Source: Antechinus flavipes
Taxonomy: Eukaryota
DNA: 64,000 nt
Assembly: GCF_016432865.1 (NCBI RefSeq)
Contig: NC_067401.1
Location: 37,200,001 to 37,264,000 of the forward strand
Direction of reading: 5' to 3'
Below are positions 1 through 13,700 of the stretch, piece after piece. The number at the start of each line of letters is the position of its first letter. Position 1 is the stretch's first letter. A program made the position numbers and the translations under genes. Below the pieces are notes generated by a model that ran no database searches, was not told where the DNA came from, and saw nothing but the letters and a program-made list of their open reading frames with translations.

Positions 1-40
1 AGTGGTAGAACTAAGATCCGAACTCAGAGCCTTTGATTTT

Positions 41-1124
41 TTTTTTTAATTTTTATTTAATAATTACTTTATATTGACAGAATCCATGCCAGGGTAATTT
101 TTTTTTTTTACAACATTATCCCTTGCACTCGTTTCTGTTCTGATTTTTCCCCCCTCTCTCCCTCCACCCCCTCCCCTAGATCGCAAGCAGTCCTTTATGT
201 GTTGGATATGTTACAGTATATCCTAGATACAATATATGTTTGCAGAACCGAACAGTTCTCTTGTTGCATAGGGAGAATTGGATTCAGAAGGTATAAATAA
301 CCCACGAAGAAAAACAAAAATGCAGATAGTTCACATTCGTTTCCCAGTGTTCTTTCTTTGGGTGTAGCTGCTTTTGTCCGTCATTTATCAATTGAAACTC
401 AGGTCTCTTTGTCAAAGAAATCCACTTCCATCAAAATATGTCCTCATACAATATCATTGTCGACGTGTATAATGATCTCCTGGTTCTGCTCATTTCACTT
501 AGCATCAGTTCATGTAAGTCTCGCCAGTCCTCTCTGTATTCATCCTGCTGGTCATTTCTTACAGAACAATAATATTCCATAACATTCATATACCACAATT
601 TACCCAGCCATTCTCCAATTGATGGGCATCCATTCATTTTCCAGTTTCTAGCCACTACAAATAGGGCTGCTACAAACATTTTGGCACATACAGGTCCCTT
701 TCTCTTCTTTAGTATTTCTTTGGGATATAAGCCCAATAGAAACACTGCTGGATCAAATGGTATGCACAATTTGATAATTTTTTGGGCATAATTCCAGATT
801 GCTCTCCAGAATGGTTGGATTCGTTCACAACTCCACCAACAATGCATTAGTGTCCCGATTTTCCCGCATCCCCTCCAACATTCATCATTATTTTTTCCTG
901 TCATCTTAGCCAATCTGACAGGTGTGTAGTGGTATCTCAGAGTTGTCTTAATTTACATTTCTCTGATCAATAATGATTTGGAACACTCTGTGGTAATAGT
1001 TTCAATTTCATCCTCTGAAAATTGTCTGTTCATATCCTTTGACCATTTATCAATTGGAGAATGGCTTGATTTCTTATAAATTTGAGTCAGTTCTCTATAT
1101 ATTTTGGAAATGAGGCCTTTATCA
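41..1124 (-). mobile_element. Young 5'-truncated LINE-1 (3' end of ORF2 + 3'UTR + polyA)
   Basis: ORFs 431-913 and 953-1237 match the C-terminus of the ORF2 at 11067-14897 (CWRGCGK..HCWWSC). Poly-T tail near 41. 15-bp TSD AGAGCCTTTGATTTT at 26-40 and 1125-1139. Carries a nonsense change and a 9-bp deletion relative to the long copy. Confidence 0.95.
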
Positions 1125-1689
1125 AGAGCCTTTGATTTTGAATCTTCTGGATTTGCCTCCAGATATGAGAAAAACAGTAGATCAGTAGATAAAATTGTAG
1201 GGAAAAAAGAACCATTTTGACTCATTTCTCTGCCCAATCCTTCCAGCTTTTGGCCAAAGAAAGTATTGCAACCTTGTCCTTGCTGTTCCTTTTCTTCCCT
1301 TGCTCATGATTCTGCTGAAACACAGAGCAGCCCAAGCCCAGTTCCAGGAAGCCCCTGGCCCCCCTGACCCCCCTGGTCAGTGTAACCAGAGTCTATGCCT
1401 TCCACATATCCCAATAATTCAGTGGTCCAACTTGTTCCACTTTTCTGAGAGCCAGGGAGTTGGATTTAGAGAGGGTCAGAAGAAGGCCCTATCCCTACCC
1501 CCAAATGCAAGGGAAGGAGACACCTCCAATTAGAAAAAACCCCCAAAACAAACAAAAACAAACAACCAAACAATTATTAGTAGATCAGGAATTTTTAGGA
1601 ACAATTAACTGCTCTACCTCCCATTAGCAGCTTCTACTTTCCTGACTTTCCCCTCACAATTAAAAAAAATTGGATTTTCACATAATAAT

Positions 1690-1840
1690 CTGAAGCAGAG
1701 GTCAGATATGGAAATGATAAAGATGGAGAAGACAACAAGGAGATCATGGTCTTTGGAGCAGAGAGGAGGCAGTCTTCAGGAGGAGGCACAGAGCTCTCAG
1801 AGTGTCTATTCTGATTGCTTTCCACCCTTCATTTCTGATT
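1690..1840 (-). pseudogene. Probable decayed CC-chemokine exon 1 / 5'UTR remnant
   Basis: Minus strand reads gaccATGATCTCCTTGTTGTCTTCTCCATCTTTATCATTTCCATATCTGACCTCTGCTTCAG (ATG at 1747). It aligns with gaps and a frameshift to cluster exon 1 (ATGAAGATCTCTGTGGCTGCCCTCTCCATC...CTGACATCCTCTGCACCA), and the 5'UTR is similar. TATA and splice donor are degenerate; no exon 2/3 seen in the window. Confidence 0.4.
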
Positions 1841-2195
1841 AGTAGATGACTGAGAAGGAACAAGATTTAACAACATTCACTGAAGGGACATGAATGTGAG
1901 TCTTCAAAAGTACTGATGGTGGCACTATTTTATTGCAACAGAAGTGAGATTGAAAGGAAAAGGAAGCAATGGATCGGGTGCCTTTATACTTATTGTTCCA
2001 ACCATCCGGTTTCCAGTCTATCCATTCATGCTGGGGCAGAGTGAGGCTGGGGACCAGGACTCTTTTGTCTCTATTAAAAGATGTAGTTGCCTCCTATCTA
2101 GAGAATTGGTGAGAGTGGATTCAAGGAAAGGGTTCTGATTTGCATGTCCAAGAGGGAGATATTGAATGAGATGAGGTGAGATCTTTCAAGATAGT

Positions 2196-2578
2196 TGTGA
2201 AAATCAAGTAAGACTTCATCTACTCAGAGTTTGAGTAGGCCTGAAGGACTTTGAGCATTGATCCAAGGACATACTTAATTCCCTTTCCTGCTATCCTCCC
2301 GTGACATCATTTTCTCCCTATTTCAGTCAAATATGAGCAACTATGTACTTATTGGTCAAGTTCAATTTCTTGGGTAGTTCCTGCATTTAGAATGTAAGAT
2401 CCTCAGCCAATGAGGATGAGGGTTAGTGGTGGGAAGGGGTATTTGCGTTAGGGATTAAAAGTGTTAAGTCCCAGAAGGTGCTTCCTCCCTTCTCCTGAGA
2501 ATGTATAATAAACTTTGCTTTGCTCTCTCCAGCTTGTTTTTATTAAATGGTGACCCCTCAACAATTCTGAACCACACA
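2196..2578 (+). mobile_element. Solo LTR-like element
   Basis: TG...CA ends, CCAAT box (agccaatg), TATA-like gattaaaa and AATAAA in U3-R-U5 order. TSD not confirmed. Confidence 0.35.
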
Positions 2579-4570
2579 ATATGAAATAATCTAACGGCTA
2601 AACCCCTATTTCTCAATACATAGCAGCATAATCGGGCAAAACAAATTCCTCTATTAGCCACATTTGAAAATGTATGTCTTTTTCAGAATTTTAAATTCAT
2701 CTCCCCTTTGTCAGGTGGTGAATGGCACATTTCATGTTCCTTCTTTTGAAGTTGTATTTTACTATTATTTTAATCAGAATTTGAAAGTTTTTCATTAGAT
2801 TGTAAGTTTCCTCAAATATCTGCTAAAATCCAACCTTTTGCCCCAAACCTTTTCCTCATCCTCCTATGCTAAAACTTTCTCTCTGAGGTTATCTTCAGTT
2901 TATCTTATTTATATCTTGTTTGAACATGATTATTTTGCATGTTGTCTTCTCATGATGGCAATTTCCCAATTCTTCTTGACTTCCCAGAGTATTTTCTTTC
3001 AGCAGTGTGAAGTGGAGATGGATGGCCTCTGCCATCTTCTCACTCAAAATTGGATACCTCCTTAATGTTCCTAAATGGATACTCCTGTTTGAGGAGATCT
3101 GTCTGAAAATTGGATATTGAACCTCTTACTAACTCTGACCCATCCTTTATGCCAGATCTTCATCTTTATCAATAAGAAATGAATCCCACATGAATGGGCC
3201 TTGAACTGAGAGAAATGATTTTTAAATAAGCAATATTGGGGAGATCCAGAGTTTTTTCCTTTCCTATTTTCTAACTTACTGTTTGATTAAATTAGATCTG
3301 AAAGACACTGCTGATAATGAGATTAAATTAACTTTCTCCTCAATCTTGTTTAGACCTCATTCAAGTGAAGTAGTCTACTGTGTTCTGTTCAGACTTGAGA
3401 GGTAAGTGGGGATGGATCCTTTGTCTAGATTGCCTGGGGCTGGGAGTAATAGTGACACAATTGTCCCTTAGTTCCTCATTTAGAATATTCTCATTATAAT
3501 CATTTTTAAACTAATTGTTAATCAATCATAGTTGATTGTCACTTGTTCCAAGCACATATAAAGATCAAGAAGCTGCCATAATACATCTCTGATCCACAAG
3601 AGATGGCTAAATGACTATTACTTTTTATTAATTACTCATTAGTCATAGTAAATAAAATGATTACTTATCCAGAAACTATCATTCAAACTATTTTTGTGTC
3701 ACAGAACAAGGGTACATATGGAGTTGTAAAGGAAGAGGCAGAACAAGGATATCTGCTCTGAATCCAAGAGAGCCCCACCTGACTTTTCAGATTCTAGAGA
3801 TCATCAGGAAGAAGATATGACTTTATATTTCTGGAGGGTGTTTGAAGTGTTTAATCGTTGGAATGAACTGGAAGCAACTCTTACTGACTCTTAAGAGCTA
3901 AGATCCAACTATTTAGAATTTTCACTATGAACATTTACTCTCCCCACCCTCTCTACCTCCCCTCCCCCAGAAATGGTTACATGCTGTAAATCAGGAGCTT
4001 GATTTCTTGTTTGGTTGATTGTCTAGACTTATATAGATAATAGATTGTCTAGACCTAGAGAAAATACTAATAAGACAAATTGAACTTAGAATTGTGTCAT
4101 TTGTCCTTTTTTCCCTCAGAAAATGTTGTAGCTTGTTTATACCCAGCCTCTATTTCTCTTTTTACCTTGGGCTATACTCTGGAGACTAGTATCCCATGAG
4201 TCCTAGTTATACAACAGACCCAGAAGAAAAGTCTTTTTTGTTTGTTACTCTAGACCTGAGATGGCCACATACTGGAAGGGAATGTATACCCACTGAGGCT
4301 GGTTAGCCACTGATTGTAATTTAGTGTTAGAATGCTGCAGGAAGCACTGAAGAGCTGACTCATTCACTTGTGCTCATGAAGTTAATACGTGTCAGAGGAA
4401 AGATGCTTCCTGAAGAAATACTGAGAATTTTTAAAAACTGGACCCTTGTTTCAGGGAAATTTATGGGGTCATTAAAAGAAATGTGTAATTTTTCAAAGGT
4501 AGTAGAATGTGTTCCATCAGTGTTCATCAGAAGAAGGCTTTCAGAACTTTGATTTGATCCTTCTGAGATT

Positions 4571-6597
4571 GATTGGAAACATAGGCAAGCATCATATAGG
4601 ATTGGCAGAGGTAGATGAGTTGTGAGCTTTATAATCATAGAATCATAGATTACAAATGGAAAAGAATCTAAGAAAGGGAAAGAGGAAGGAAACAAGTATT
4701 TATTCAGCATTTACTATGTGACAGGTACTTTGCTAAGAACTTTACAAATATTCCTTGATTCTCACTACAACCTTGTGAGATGGGGGCTATTATGATCCTC
4801 ATTTTACTGAGGAGGAAACTGAGGCAAATTGAAGCTAAGAGACTTTTCCAAGGTCCCTGGGCTAGGAAGTGTCTGAGGCTAGATTTGAAGTGGGTTAGCC
4901 ATCAGTTTTAATGAGGACCATGGATTCACAGTTACTTCTGTATCACACAAAGGGAAGATTGAATTTGAGAAGAGCACTTTTCCTTTATTTTTGTGGTCAA
5001 TTATCATCATTTCATTCATCCCAAGCATCAGTCTTAATACATCGTCACTCTCTCTTCTTGTTCCAAATGTAGCCTCCTATTTCTCCTTCTCTCCCTATCC
5101 ACCCTTCTTTTTTGGTCCTTAATATTCTTTTTCAGCCCTAATTCATTCTGACCTTTAGCTTTTCCATTGCTATTCTAACAATCAAATCTTGGTGTTGCTT
5201 TTATAAGACAACTAGGGGATGAAATAGATAAGAATGCTAAGTTCTCAGGATCAGAATTCAAATTTTGTCTTAGACTAGGGATAGGTAATATCTAGCTCAT
5301 GGACCTTATAAGGACTGCAAAATCATTCAACTTCAGATGATGATGAACGGGAAGTTAGGTACAACAAGCTCCCACTGCTTGAGTTTTTATAAGTTGACAA
5401 TTTTGTATGGCCTGCGAATGATGTTATAAATATCTATGCCATAAGTAGAAGAGCTATTATCTTCTTAACTTACCTTAATGCTCATTTCTTCATTCAAAAG
5501 GTGACAGAATCAGTAAGAGGAAATTCTGGATTATCACTAATGGGGATGGGGGTGGACCCTGTTTGTTGGGGTGAAGATTATGGGAACTCTAAAGAGCTGT
5601 GAAAAGAGTGATCATTACTTCCTAGAATTTATGATAGAAGAGAGAAAAAGTGGACATAGGATCTACACTAAATTTTGGGATAGCAAGTTTCATAGAATTA
5701 AGAAGAAGAAATGGACAGGGTCCCACAGGCTAAAATTTCATGGCATATGTCAGCCTGGGAGGACTGGGAAATCATTGAGAAAGAAATTCTGAAAAGCACA
5801 AAAGAAAACAATTCTGAAGAACAGGGAAAATGAGTTCTCTGAAAAGACCAGTGTAGGCATATGAAGAATTCACCAGTCAACTTATTATTCTTAAATAAAT
5901 ATTTTTTGCAATTACATATAAAAATATTTTTAACATACATTAACAAAAATTTGAATTCCAGAATTCTAGTTTTTTCCCCCCTCTCTCTCAACTCCCCCAT
6001 TCTTGAAATGGTAAGTTATGTGATATAGCTTATACATGTGCTATCATGCAAAATATATTTTTATATTAATCATGTTGTGAAAAAAGACAGACACCCAAAA
6101 AAACACCCAACCCCCCTTCCCCACACAAAAAGAAAAAATAATATGCTTTGATTTGCATTCAGATTTCATCATTCTTTCTCTAGATGTTGATAGCATTTTC
6201 ATCATGAATCTACTGGAATTGTGTTAGATCTCTTTGTTGCTGAGAATAGTTAAATCATTCAAGTTGATCATTGTATAATGTTTCTGTGTTCAATGTGTTC
6301 AGTGTTCTGGTTCTGCTCATATCACTTTGTATCAGTTCATGTACAACTTTGTTGAAAACATAGACAAAAGTCATATAAGATTGGAAGATGTGGATGAGTT
6401 GTGAGCTTTATAATCATAGAATCATAGATTACAAGTGGGAAAGAATGTAAGAAAGGGAAAGAGGAAGGAAAAAGTATTTATTCAGCATTTACTATGTGAT
6501 AAGCACTTTGCTAAGAACTTTACAAATATTCTCTTGATCCTCACTATAACTCTGTGATATGGGGGATATTATGACCCTCATTTTACTGAGGAGGAAA
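4571..6597 (+). repeat. Local direct duplication of ~245 bp (4571-4818 and 6352-6597), including a MIR-like end
   Basis: Shared text e.g. gatgagttgtgagctttataatcatagaatcatagattacaa...cattttactgaggaggaaa in both copies. Confidence 0.85.
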
Positions 6598-7779
6598 GGG
6601 AGATTTTTTAAAGATTTAAGGAAATTAAAAAAGGAAATTTTTAAAAAGATCTATATAGAAGGCAGAAGGAAGGTCAGGTAATGCAAAATGATATAAAAGC
6701 TTGGCATACTCCTGTGAAAATAGTGTCAGGAGTGCTCAATCTCAGAATGAGTTGTGATTGGTAAGGGAAGACAAGGACAACAGAAAGAGTATTGTACTTT
6801 TAAAGAAAATTAAAGGAAAGAGTAGTATCAAAGAAATCATAAAACTACTAAAAACCAAATACGTAAATAATAACATAAAAAAGAAAGAATAACATTGAAA
6901 CTTCAGGTGGATGGGATGATAAGAATGACTAAGCTTTAAAAAAATGATTCTCTTGATATTCTTGACTTTTTGTTCTTCTAGATGAATTCTGTTCATTTTG
7001 TTCTAGCTCTATAAAATGATTCTTTGATAGGCCACTGAAGATTTTTGATGAAGAGAATTACATAAGCTGACCCTGAGCTTCAGGAAAATTATTTTGGTTG
7101 CTACATAGAATATAGGTTAGAGGGAAGAGAAGGTAATTAAGAAGCAATTTGAATGGTCTAGACTAGAGATGAGAGGATTGATCTGAGGTGATGACTATGT
7201 AACTGGAAGAGTGGGGATCAATGTAATAGATATTGTGGAGGTAATATGGATAGAAACTGGCTGCTGTTTGGAATGGGGATTGGAAGTTAGTCAGCATTTT
7301 TTTCAAATACAGGATACCATCTCTCCTAGGACTGCCCCAGTGTATATAAAATAGATGTGCAAAGTTTTCTTCTAAGGAGAATAGCTGCTTTGCAAAGGAA
7401 GATAGGACTATAACTACCAGTTTTAAAATGGAAAGGTATTGATTAAGCCACATCCTAGTCACTCTTCCCCAAATTCATTATATCCTCTGACTTCAGGTAT
7501 TCCTAAGCTCTACTTAAGCCTTTTTAGACTTTCTCTGAAATTCCTCCATTCCATCAGAACCTCAGATTCATCCATCAAGAGCTTGAAAGGATCGCAGAAA
7601 GCAAGTAGTCCCAAACCTCCAGATTAGGAAACTGAAGCCCATGGCAGGAGAAGAGATTTAATCTACAACATTCATTTTACATATGAAGAAACCTGGATTC
7701 AAGTAGGTAAAACAGTTTGTCCAAGATCCCACAAGAAAAGAAGGAAAAGACAGTTTCAATTCAGTCCAGTGTAGCTTAA

Positions 7780-7789
7780 TTTATTTATT
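7780..7789 (-). terminator. Poly(A) signal of the minus-strand chemokine
   Basis: AATAAATAAA on the minus strand, ~410 nt after the stop, following an AU-rich 3'UTR. Confidence 0.6.
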
Positions 7790-8194
7790 AAAAAAATTTT
7801 TTTTTACTTTCTTCAAATACTTTGGTCAAAGGAAACCATGGCTCATAGAAAATGTTCAGAATATATTTGTGGGTCAGTCACTTTGTCACCAACTCTTACA
7901 GACATTAGCACCATGAGATCAGTCTTTGAGGTGATGGAGAAGGATAAGGGACATGGAGGGAGAGAATGATACATAGACTACAAACATCTTATAAACAACA
8001 CAATTTAACATTAAAAAATAAGTTATAGGCATTAAATATGATAAAAATAGCTTAAATTGTAATTAGTGACATTCTAGAGCTTTGAGTCAAGACCAGCTTG
8101 ACCCAGATGTCACCAGTGGGGGTGGTAGAGACTTTCTGGCTCTGGTTCCTTATTCTTCAAACTGGCAGGAACTTGAACTCTTTTCCCCAAGCTT

Positions 8195-9779
8195 TCAAGC
8201 CTCTCTTCTCTTCAACTCTTTGATATACTTCTGGACCCATGGTTCACGAGGGTTGGCACAGACTTTATAACCCTTTTTGGTGAAGAATCTGTGATACAAG
8301 AAGTAAAGATGAAAAAACAGAGAAATTCAACTTCTAGGTAAAGAAGAGGAAATTACTATTAGATCTGGATTTCTTTGTCTCTCTGACACTAGAGGCAGCT
8401 AAGACCCATTCTCCTTTTTGGGGTAATCATTCCTGTATCTTTAAGAACCACCCCCCCACCCCATCCATTCTTTGGAGCAGTAGTTTCCAAACTGTAATCC
8501 AGGAAACCCCTAGAAGTCCCAGAAACCCTTTCAAAACTATTCATAATAATTCTAAGATGTAATTTTAAAAAATATGATAAAATAGATAGAGATAGCCCAT
8601 CTAAAAACTGGTCTTTAGGATCACCAACAATTTTTAAGAATGTAAAGGAGAATTGCTCTGAGGGACTTTGGTCTCTCCTTGATTTCCCTTCATTCTAGCC
8701 CTCATATTTTAGTAAGAACAGCTCCAAATTGTCACTCTACATGCTTCAGCTCCAGGCTCAAAGCCATAGATCTTTATTTTTCATTTTCTATCTCTCCCTT
8801 ATGCTCAGCTAGAACATCAGCCCCAATGCCTCAGAATTATGGAAACTTTCTTCTGGGAGACGTGGCTGGATTTTTCAAAATTTATTTTAGCAGAGGCTTT
8901 TTTTCTTCCTCCCAGGTCTTGACAATTTGCCCCCACATAATCCTTGCCTCTCTTCCTCAAACATGGTGATTGGCATCTCTACTCACATGATGGCTGGCTG
9001 GGAACATTGACTACTGGTCTCATAATGATTCACTACTAATGCTCGAGGGATCTTCCGGGAGATATAGGAATAGCAGCAAGCAGTGGGAATGTCAGACCCA
9101 ACTGTAAGGAAAGGAACATTGTGAGAATTGTGTCATTTTTTTTAGCAGGTGACTCAACACTACTAATCTCAGAAGGATGTGGAAAGAGCAGAGAAGACTT
9201 TGGGAGGACACAGGGCATCTCTTCATTCCCCCAAATATCTCTCCTTGTCTCTAATGAATGGTATGCTAGCATAGTGAACAGAGTTCTAGACTTGAAGTTA
9301 AGAAAACCTAAGCTTTAAATTCTACCCTAGCAACTTATGTGCTTTGTATTTCTGGGCAAAGTGCTTAACTACTCTGCGTATCAGTTTCCCAATCTGTAAA
9401 ATAGGTATGATAAGAATAGTATCTCTCTCAGAGAGGTACTATTTCAAATCCTGTGTCTGGGGAAATTAATAGGAAATAGCACATTCTGAAGACAGAAGCA
9501 TATTGAGAAATGACCCAAGCCATTTTGAAATCTTGGGTGGATTTCATAATTTGACTTGAAAAGTCTCACGCTTTCCAAATAGAATATAAGCTCTCTGATT
9601 TTTTTTTATCACAGGTACTGGGCTCTGTGTATCCTACCTCCTCAAAATCATCTCTCCTCCCAGTTAGAAAAAGGGGAATTTTTTTTAAGGGGAGAAGGGA
9701 AGACAGACTGACCTGTTAATGAAGAGACCTGATAGAAGGTGATGATAAGGACAGAGAGGATAGCCACAGAGCTTTTCAT
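8195..9779 (-). CDS. CC chemokine 'A', 3 exons, 91 aa (MIP-group; also resembles CCL26 at GSDI and WVQKYI..LK)
   Basis: Exons (minus) 9779-9713, 9101-8987, 8288-8195, all GT-AG, 67+115+94 nt. Protein: [91 protein letters not shown]. Signal peptide, CC motif, four Cys and WVQ helix present. Confidence 0.95.
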
Positions 9780-9891
9780 GATGTTGTTCAAGGGCAGGGG
9801 TCCCAGGAGTAGGATGAACTCTTCAGCTAGGAGAGATTTCTGAGCTCTGAATTCCTTGGCCCTTTCTGTTGCCCATTCTTTGCCAGGCTGC

Positions 9892-9963
9892 TTTTTATAG
9901 GGGATGCTGGATCGTGCAGGAAATTGGAACATCTTAGAAATTTTCTTAGTAAGCTTGACGTCA
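9892..9963 (-). promoter_or_regulatory. Promoter of chemokine A: TATA box and perfect CRE
   Basis: TATAAAAA on minus at 9899-9892; palindromic TGACGTCA at 9956-9963. Confidence 0.75.
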
Positions 9964-10720
9964 TGATGCCACTTGCACAACTATAGAGCACTCTATGTAC
10001 CATGTGGCCCAAGAATGGTCATAATTTCAGCTACTTGCTTATGAAGTACTAAAAGGAGTAGGGTGATGAGGAAGCAGTTGTAGAGGGGGGAGGGTGGAAG
10101 AGGGAAATTATCTTCTATAATAAGATAGAGAAAAGGGTATCAGGCTATTACTATTAATAGTTGGTTCCTCCTCATGAGAACAGAACTATATGTAGTTCCC
10201 TTCTAAGGAGTTGAAATTTTTGATGTCCCATATGATGATTACAAACACAAACAAGGGGCTATCCCAGAGTCTCGTGATTAAATAAGCAACATTATTTTCT
10301 CCACCCTAGAAAGAGAAAAAAATTTCATTAGAAAAAGTCAATGGGGGTTAAAGGTTAGGGAAAGTAAGATGGGAAAATTAAGGTTAGATTTTCAATGATT
10401 CATTGGAATAATGTTAGAGAATGGATCTATGATTTCTTTGGTGTAAGGAAGTCCCAGGTGAGGATACTCTCTCTATTAGTTCAGGTCAGCCCCTTCTCTG
10501 CAACTTCAAGTCTTAGAGAATTGCTAAGTGACTTTCTTGGGATCACAGGCAATATGTGTAGGAGGCAAGAGCTGAACTCAGGTCTACCAAGCCTTGAGTT
10601 CTGCTCTAGTATACCTTTCTTCCTTGTAAAACGAAACAAAACAATAAAATAAATGAGAGCTGTGAGAACTTGAATTTGCCCAGGACAAGCAAATTTGGAT
10701 GTGCTCAAACCATCAACCTT

Positions 10721-13700
10721 TTTTTTTTTTTTTTTTTTTATTTAATAATTACATTATATTGACACTCATTTCTGTTCCGATTTTTTTCCCCTCCCTCCCT
10801 CCACCCCCTCCCCTAGATGGCAAGCAGTCCTTTATATGTTGGATATGTTGCAGTATATCCTAGATACAATATATGTTTGCAGAAGCGAACAGTTCTCTTG
10901 TTGCGTAGGAGAATTGGATTCAGAAGGTATAAATAATCCGGGAAGAAAAACAAAAATGCAGATAGTTCACATTCGTTTCCCAGTGTTCTTTCTTTGGGTG
11001 TAGCTGCTTTTGTCCGTCATTTATCAATTGAAACTCAGGTCTCTTTGTCAAAGAAATCCACTTCCATCAAAATATGTCCTCATACAATATCGTTGTCGAA
11101 GTGTATAATGATCTCCTGGTTCTGCTCATTTCACTTAGCATCAGTTCATGAAGGTCTCTCCAAGCCTCTCTGTATTCATCCTGCTGGTCATTTCTTACAG
11201 AACAATAATATTCCATAACATTCATATACCACAATTTACCCAGCCATTCTCCAATTGATGGGCATCCATTCATTTTCCAGTTTCTAGCCACTACAAACAG
11301 GGCTGCTACAAACATTTTGGCACATACAGGTCCCTTTCCCTTCTTTAGTATTTCTTTGGGATATAAGCCCAATAGAAACACTGCTGGATCAAAGGATATG
11401 CACATTTTGATAGTTTTTTGGGCATAATTCCAGATTGCTCTCCAGAATGGTTGGATTCGTTCACAACTCCACCAACAATGCATTAGTGTCCCAGTTTTCC
11501 CGCATCCCCTCCAACATTCATCATTATTTTTTCCTGTCATCTTAGCCAATCTGACAGGTGTGTAGTGGTATCTCAGAGTTGTCTTAATTTGCATTTCTCT
11601 GATCAATAATGATTTGGAACACTCTTTCATATGAGTGGTAATAGTTTCAATCTCATCCTCTGAAAATTGTCTGTTCATATCCTTTGACCATTTATCAATT
11701 GGAGAATGGCTTGATTTCTTATAAATTTGAGTCAGTTCTCTATATATTTTGGAAATGAGGCCTTTATCAGAACCTTTAACTGTGAAAATGTTTTCCCAGT
11801 TTGTTGCTTCCCTTCTAATCTTGTTTGCATTAGTTTTATTTGTACAAAGGCTTTTTAATTTGATGTAATCGAAATTTTCTATTCTGTGATCAGTAATGGT
11901 CTCTAGTTCATCTTTGGTCACAAATTTCTTTCTCCTCCACAAGTCTGAGAGATAAACTATCCTATGTTCCTCTAATTTATTTATAGTCTCGTTCTTTATG
12001 CCTAGGTCATAGACCCATTTTGATCTTATCTTGGTATATGGTGTTAAGTGTGGGTCCATGCCTAATTTTTGCCATACTAATTTCCAATTATCCCAGCAGT
12101 TTTTATCAAATATTGAATTCTTTTCCCAGAAGTTAGGGGCTTTGGGTTTGTCAAACACTAGATTGCTATAATTGACTATTCTGTCTTGTGAGCCTAGCCT
12201 TTTCCACTGATCCACTAATCTATTTCTTAGCCAATACCAAATGGTTTTGGTGACTGCTGCTTTATAATATAATTTTAGATCAGGTACAGCTAGGCCACCT
12301 TCATTTGATTTTTTTTTCATTAGTTCCCTTGAGATTCTCGACTTTTTATTGTTCCATATGAATTTTGTTGTTATTTTTTCTAGATCAATAAAATATTTTC
12401 TTGGAAGTCTGATTGGTATAGCACTAAATAAATAGATTAGTTTAGGGAGTATTGTCATCTTTATTATGTTCGCTCGGCCAATCCAAGAGCACTTAATATT
12501 TTTCCAATTATTTAAGTCTGACTTTATTTGTGTGGAGACTTTTTTATAATTTTGCTCATATAATTCCTGACTTTCCTTTGGTAGATAGATTCCCAAATAT
12601 TTTATGGTATCAACAGTTATTCTGAATGGAATTTCTCTTTGTATCTCTTGCTGTTGGGTTTTGTTGGTGATGTATAAAAATGCTGAGGATTTATGGGGAT
12701 TTATTTTGTAGCCAGCTACTTTGCTAAAATTATGAATTATTTCCAATAGCTTTTTGGTAGAATCTCTGGGGTTCTCTAGGTATACCATCATATCATCTGC
12801 AAAGAGTGATAGTTTGGTTTCCTCATTGCCTACTCTAATTCCTTTTATATCTTTCTCGACTCTTATTGCCGAGGCTAGTGTTTCTAATACGATATTAAAT
12901 AATAATGGTGATAGTGGGCAACCTTGCTTCACTCCAGATCTTACTGGGAAAGGTTCCAGTTTTTCCCCATTGCATATGATGCTTACTGATGGTTTTAAAT
13001 ATATGCTCCTGACTATTTTAAGGAAAAGTCCATTTATTCCTATGCTCTCAAGTGTTTTTATTAGGAATGGATGTTGGATTTTATCAAATGCTTTTTCTGC
13101 ATCTATTGAGATGATCATGTGGTTTTTGTTTGTTTGGTTATTGATATAGTCAATTATGCTAATAGTTTTCCTAATATTGAACCAGCCCTGCATTCCTGGT
13201 ATAAATCCTACTTGGTCATAGTGTATTATCCTGGTGACAATTTTCTGTAATCTTTTTGCTAATATTTTATTTAAGATTTTAGCATCAATATTCATTAGGG
13301 AGATTGGTCTATAATTTTCTTTCTCTGTTTTCAGCCTACCTGGTTTAGGTATCAGTACCATATCTGTGTCATAAAAGGAGTTTGGTAGGACTCCTTCAAT
13401 CCCTATTTTTTCAAATAGTTTATATAGCATTGGAGTTAATTGTTCTTTAAATGTTTGGTAGAATTCACATGTAAATCCATCTGGTCCTGGGGATTTTTTC
13501 TTAGGGAGTTGATTGATAGTTTGTTCTATTTCTTTTTCTGAGATGGGACTGTTTAGGATATTTACTTCTTCCTCTGTTAGTTTGGGCAAGCTGTATTTTT
13601 GGAGGTATTTTTCTATTTCATTTAAGTTGTCGAATTTATTGGCATAAAGTTGGGCAAAGTAACTCCTAATTATTGCTCTAATTTCCTCTTCGTTAGTGGT

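Noticed and set aside
4360-4560. Minus-strand PETRVQ resembling chemokine exon 3 (P..WVQ)
   Set aside because: No Cys, acceptor or flanking homology; too weak.
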